IMG/VR virus record: IMGVR_UViG_3300018476_000015
Location: 1-56,393 of that record
Length of the DNA: 56,393 nucleotides
Strand: one strand, 5' to 3'
DNA from: a virus
Lineage: Duplodnaviria > Caudoviricetes
The notes beneath the pieces are model-generated. The model was not told the DNA's origin and did not search any database. It was given only the letters and a program-made list of their open reading frames with translations. This document shows, piece by piece, positions 55,501 through 56,393 of this stretch (within the stretch, counting starts at the first letter, position 1; each line of letters opens with the position of its first letter). The position numbers and the translations under genes are program-made.

Positions 55501-56393
55501 GCCCGCCCGCCCAACTCGGAGCGCACCATGGTGGGCTCGGGCACGTCGGTGCGGGGCTGCGCCGGGACGGGCTCGCCCGGGCGGTGGGGCTCGGGCCGGG
55601 CCGCCGCCTCCTCCCCGCCGGAGAGGAAGGCCAGGCGCCGGCGCAGGGCGTCGTACTGGGCGCCGGTGACCGTCTGGGCCAGGCGGGGCAGGTTGGCGTT
55701 GGCGTCGCGCAGGGTCTCCGTGGCCCCCACCGAGGCGGCCTGCTCGTAGGTGTCCAGGAGGTGCTCGTAGATGCGGTTCTGCTGCGGGGTGCCGGCGCTG
55801 CGCAGGGCCTCGTCCGGCTCGGTGAGCATGGGCGACTCGCCGGCCTCGCCGGGGCGCACCGTGATGGCGGTGGGCTCGGGCTGCCCGCCCAGCGCCGCCC
55901 GCCGGCGGGACAGGTAGCCCCGCAGGTCGAGGGCCTGCTGGGGGGAGAGTTGGCCGGCGTTGTCCATGTCCGTGACCATCTGGCCCCGCGACTCCAGGTC
56001 GCCCGGGCTCATGGCGTCGGTGATCTGGCGGTGCAGGGAGCGGTAGAGCCCCAACTGCTGGGGGGTGCTCTCCGGCTCGCCGGGCCGGCCCCGGAAGCGG
56101 GGCGCCTCGGTGCCGGTCGCGGCGTCGAGCACCCGAGGGGCGTTGGGCGGCCCCGCCTCGGGCTGGGCGGTGTGGGCGGCGATGGGGGCCGCCTCCTCCG
56201 CTCGGCGCTGCTGGGGCACCTCGATGACCCGCCCGTCCGGCGTCTCCACCCGGCGCATCGTCTCCGCAGCGGGCGCCTGGGTTTGGGCTTGCTGGGCCTG
56301 CGCCGCCGGCGCGGCGACGCGCAGGTCGCGCACGGCCTGGTCGGAGGCCTGCGCCGCCGGGTCGGTGCGCGGGTCGCGCCCGGCCTCGCGGGC
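46518..56393 (-). CDS. Giant polyvalent virion protein (>3290 aa, 5' end outside window)
   Basis: Frame open to window end; contains WYSQLE…GVKKEEL, QTDIHQ…APF…ISWSTG…YDQ, TnsA-like nuclease, HEVTH zincin motif, C-terminal PF..IPYN helical domain. Confidence 0.85.
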   Translation of the reverse strand, partial: AREAGRDPRTDPAAQASDQAVRDLRVAAPAAQAQQAQTQAPAAETMRRVETPDGRVIEVPQQRRAEEAAPIAAHTAQPEAGPPNAPRVLDAATGTEAPRFRGRPGEPESTPQQLGLYRSLHRQITDAMSPGDLESRGQMVTDMDNAGQLSPQQALDLRGYLSRRRAALGGQPEPTAITVRPGEAGESPMLTEPDEALRSAGTPQQNRIYEHLLDTYEQAASVGATETLRDANANLPRLAQTVTGAQYDALRRRLAFLSGGEEAAARPEPHRPGEPVPAQPRTDVPEPTMVRSELGGRAPAGERAGVWYSQLERVIEAKFRQGRMPAAQLRQLLLGNGVKKEELYWTGTDALLDRAEQAGTPVDRQQLLQHVQQNRLPLVESVLGYDRTGAETGPEAEAQRKRAVADLLFRAQQEAAKAEVQSNLRANSEAVLNRLVGAPRTAEDQAFREGIYKRLSAPPPTDPLTGEDLPDALLESEPGRMAAAWLRELDDYVVNTSMLVGGRGAGPEAMNEARRQLSEAVRPIRRRVYAAAELAGGEVNPFTPKPAGKPEHAQYSRPGEYNYTLRRGAEQEANPRETLLRVGADRGTTPAYDRTALDEQKLDVGEFSVGSHYGGRPGIVGANRTHDDVLADGRTTVQNNESQTDIHQRGRKQGTWDRVAMERAWDQPIPAATRADAEYLVQAVETELRARAAMQNAMRTMAAAPDTGLQRTTLRRSKATAEEWAYGTIHGADSVRRIEKRIRENGQNIDQERAENGAYQSALARRDAPFPEGLPPEARAYGEAVRDRNLLTSDLYERYAGGGDQGAWIAYNRVLRDAFEQRQHAFEQEAEAASHDEDTPDSDRAFQDAHEAAYEMRDGVEGAQRHLDDAATVSPEGYPRAPFPDNTITEKLLERQLRDAVDRGAEAISWSTGQVIARRWSAGRIVQRAAYEPATQTLRVVPRAENGGDHERTYHVPPEQLPQYVGDTATAYLTDPANVGPDGTALIDGEDILVADSKGRTMARQYDQIMVGIANKLGKPAGVAVERTTLRPPDDHDPSEDADLDVWVLPINDALRKRVQEGFALYHKVAPETGTAQAGQPERTRQDYEQAGEEAPPDAPDDLDAWDEGRLPDQVGGPAGAEVAGSRVVPETGEEGPETETEEDLDEEDDDLDNEDPETATEDEAEVEVDEEAEPEAEEDAGDEDAGDEAVAGGMGRDAELAGEAGFTAVGPDAQGRMQIRQKLRGEGGKTTRADGVTPLYPFKEGWRPKTSGVYKAQPGEYGNAPVGPDWTDDGTIPGVGRFAGLGKPGRAPAFPTPEAGWPTMTADAQMAAELGVSEGDEVVILPPEPGTLLTGTDFVYWQAASRGRLDDLFGPDTPVEPGDARYRWEREPSTSPEPEGRLDVSPLPDYPYRERLERAAPGVAQANLAAKRLASEEKARASAERRAPEVAAREQVKRDREAARERGRTEKQRAADQARIDKAKTPAAAEKLRAQFAQRDARKAEAATKRGAAQAEGSLLAMATRQQRAQAKRALQDAHAAGGFDFGEATPDAVIEGLRIYDLEQKSSKDASIAAGIPQKVLDAALNVLAEGPQPRGEQLKRSGQERGAIKSETDDPLKGIAYTSKKTGVKQHFDSLYELLLAIRLDSDPNVATWTKSLSQRGRVRFQIKPERRFHPITRPGGITDAGQEGIFAPDFLVTYTSGKQEVLEVKHAAAWELDPWKVPEKVGAAREKYGRRQVPFRIFTEDQIGRRWGWKLADQLKGQGPTTGTPWSKDQDAGFALDIRDEAGNVVGTVGKGLIRVNKDTGKVQELIEGTVRTTMAQREALHLGEPGGRGVAEFNANAPFQPAEALDDPMQGLWPEKAEAYGEQAEMHNREPLPYRGSTYWPGKMPQVVKDRLARGEDVWMVAVFPDYSQDINETHEFNAKGAGFRLAQFHAESRDPFNNFPFLAIGTWAGMQRTKDGKLDPNSKAINLDLSIPVADRETAMRLAERFRQQSIFNLRTKDAPDVDQTRWGAEDWTYQDQLDAVREAALRDPAEGAEGATAGAEPGAGAGAEPGAGIAGNRVSAETEPGAGGDRGAVPGLGAAPVRAAPGPGGVAAALPTEPDLQGDGLPGDAGLAGDGGRGAGVRGAGSGTAAPGGLGAPGDRGQPAPAARAHPGAGPHPDGRVGRADAALGLDGGVLTSPVPGGPGGRATPQLITPEMVRGGAAQEEGGPAADDETRWFNQQLSQANPIGTSRAKWVVPRPKPGSAAARDPRWRRQFGAAQRVTLGQAGGLPTTTARLNHTDLAEGWTAGFNTLQQALIASAQRQGTLDARKYERAVAAGFVLNAEHLAINVPPNIGRDRGQPGQVLTNPQMWFMNAVWRLNNGTPAVLDSAGRVIEEAIPRPRPLAEYTSASWKAAVAQKMAAQAAEDIVHEVTHNEIQHNDHSDPAWKERLRLNINATITEQRAVARQVMTLLEANDYELLHQLASEAGAIYDGGFFAPNVRDPVLSWDSMVGRDPNATGIVRGRTAQPGAAGAVGAAGAGAPAVGDGAGRGAGAGGLGRQAGPGPDGRGVAPGGARRGVTGRNQVQPGDGAGLGAGPEARVRGGPADVAGAEPADLRGGRPGQPGSGVLGARALSERGNTRDSDAERVGARARRDEHLAALQRSAGIGAGAGPGGPGGPPPGPGGPGRPVRPGQPGRGAPTGGPSALPGGGSPTATPQPPGSYTPGDDAGEPGPETTGKVEKPRQTTWGTTAGSGMKLGMLLSVKGLGRQLVGNVATIGWQPAERALAGGLANIGERKAGQDLRADVPSARESLAMLRSYWDNKGAAWAEAKKSLSAEHETEQSRLQRGATGKDAERLAATGPVHKRVQGFVDGGFRVLGIFDAATKYAAAAAEEAALQARNDLRARQGKATLTDAQIKEAVKNTEAYRSLTQEMDRYGKAVNGFRELPGGKLVIPFWEIPYNGMKYDLERSPVGLVRTALQHGKDAKTGDLEKQNRTELYERYARGTLGSFISLGILAAYASGNITGPEPEDPEELKRWRAEGKQPFSLRVGSRWQPVTMFPGLNSSLTQAATIGDFWRRHDLAGTKWDAAEYQRLVARFINTNASYSINRPFFEGVSDIISSGKRQAVGAGEDDGVAEALVRQGTSAVSGLYGGRIWRELEQATSDQERSPRDPIERMMAGIPGLSGQVPEARTAYGNRIKRTGSGQERFWNPLLGREGYMGAQTKPPRRYVGGKSGEQETAIAEAYRKVKAEQEAKDERRAVPPGDRPTNRERVLADQYTGYKKNEDYNKRIQEEKERKQAVRGKASAAARLVGVK
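48257..49048 (-). CDS. Nested +1-frame gene A inside the giant gene
   Basis: GGAGG-N9-ATG; GC3 bias switches to this frame over KLDQDLMVAGLLRAVHDEASPDAIRFSLEMVRDSGLDPRQEYEAALRTWPGQNLPTFEEVD. Confidence 0.7.
   Translation of the reverse strand: MSYSTNLPPRRGPSTTADSSPPTSATPSSPGTPWSAETPTPPESSADAPPNPEQPVQSEQPVPEPQQLGTGPGGGPGPEGSDAKLDQDLMVAGLLRAVHDEASPDAIRFSLEMVRDSGLDPRQEYEAALRTWPGQNLPTFEEVDPDSPDQESSGPGPSANGATPGTATPSGLEPEPGATSTSPPSSGVLASAPGLGPEDQADLPPAPEDLAGPSAPGSPDEALPPEGPAPSPAGEAPPRPPNPREAIRRATMQGNRGRRPPAR
49847..50422 (-). CDS. Nested +1-frame gene B inside the giant gene
   Basis: AAGGA-N8-ATG; GC3 bias switches to this frame over ETEEQFRAWVQRRFAQPQGLEGWLRRYQLNQTSRAMGYPGTPGWPETEDEVREFA. Confidence 0.65.
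   Translation of the reverse strand: MSTRRGGGPRTGPTRTNSTPSARPPSATPPRAPRGQPPAPSPEPAPALSPEPGSPATEYRQKPSPEPVETEEQFRAWVQRRFAQPQGLEGWLRRYQLNQTSRAMGYPGTPGWPETEDEVREFAAREAEQQRPAGSAPLATVGNRLRQRVRTRALAPTRTAGSGEPTPPSGSTAGSSPPPSREGQAGEPPRS

Overview
Very GC-rich segment of a tailed dsDNA bacteriophage (or prophage) genome, probably podovirus-like, with two convergent arms meeting at 23610-23613. Left arm (+, 1-23613): about 45 tightly packed early, replication and recombination genes, including an ArdC-like antirestriction protein, SWIM finger, XRE HTH, HTH replication initiator with internal iterons, helicase loader, DnaB, three ParB-like proteins, a Rad52-like annealing protein and VRR-NUC. These genes are arranged as cassettes, most headed by a repeated element: TTGCGG-N17-TATACT promoter, then a 5' stem-loop with the fixed loop GGG-AYGTG-CCC, then an SD. 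Right arm (-, 23610-56393): a >3290-aa polyvalent virion protein (5' end outside the window), two more internal virion proteins, scaffold, major capsid, decoration protein, a glycosyltransferase, adaptor/nozzle, tail fibres, an M23 endolysin and small membrane proteins, interrupted by two antisense HNH cassettes. Most notable observations: (1) two SD-preceded, codon-biased genes nested in the +1 frame of the giant gene, each just after a putative enzymatic domain (candidate effector/nested-immunity system); (2) the covarying promoter-hairpin cassette, including a hairpin-less copy firing antisense into the capsid gene; (3) a covarying bulged hairpin ahead of both HNH genes; (4) a 100-nt stem-loop occluding the replication-initiator SD; (5) staircase overprinting in the lysis region; (6) apparent avoidance of SAGCTS. 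All functional calls come from motif recognition by eye; no searches were run.
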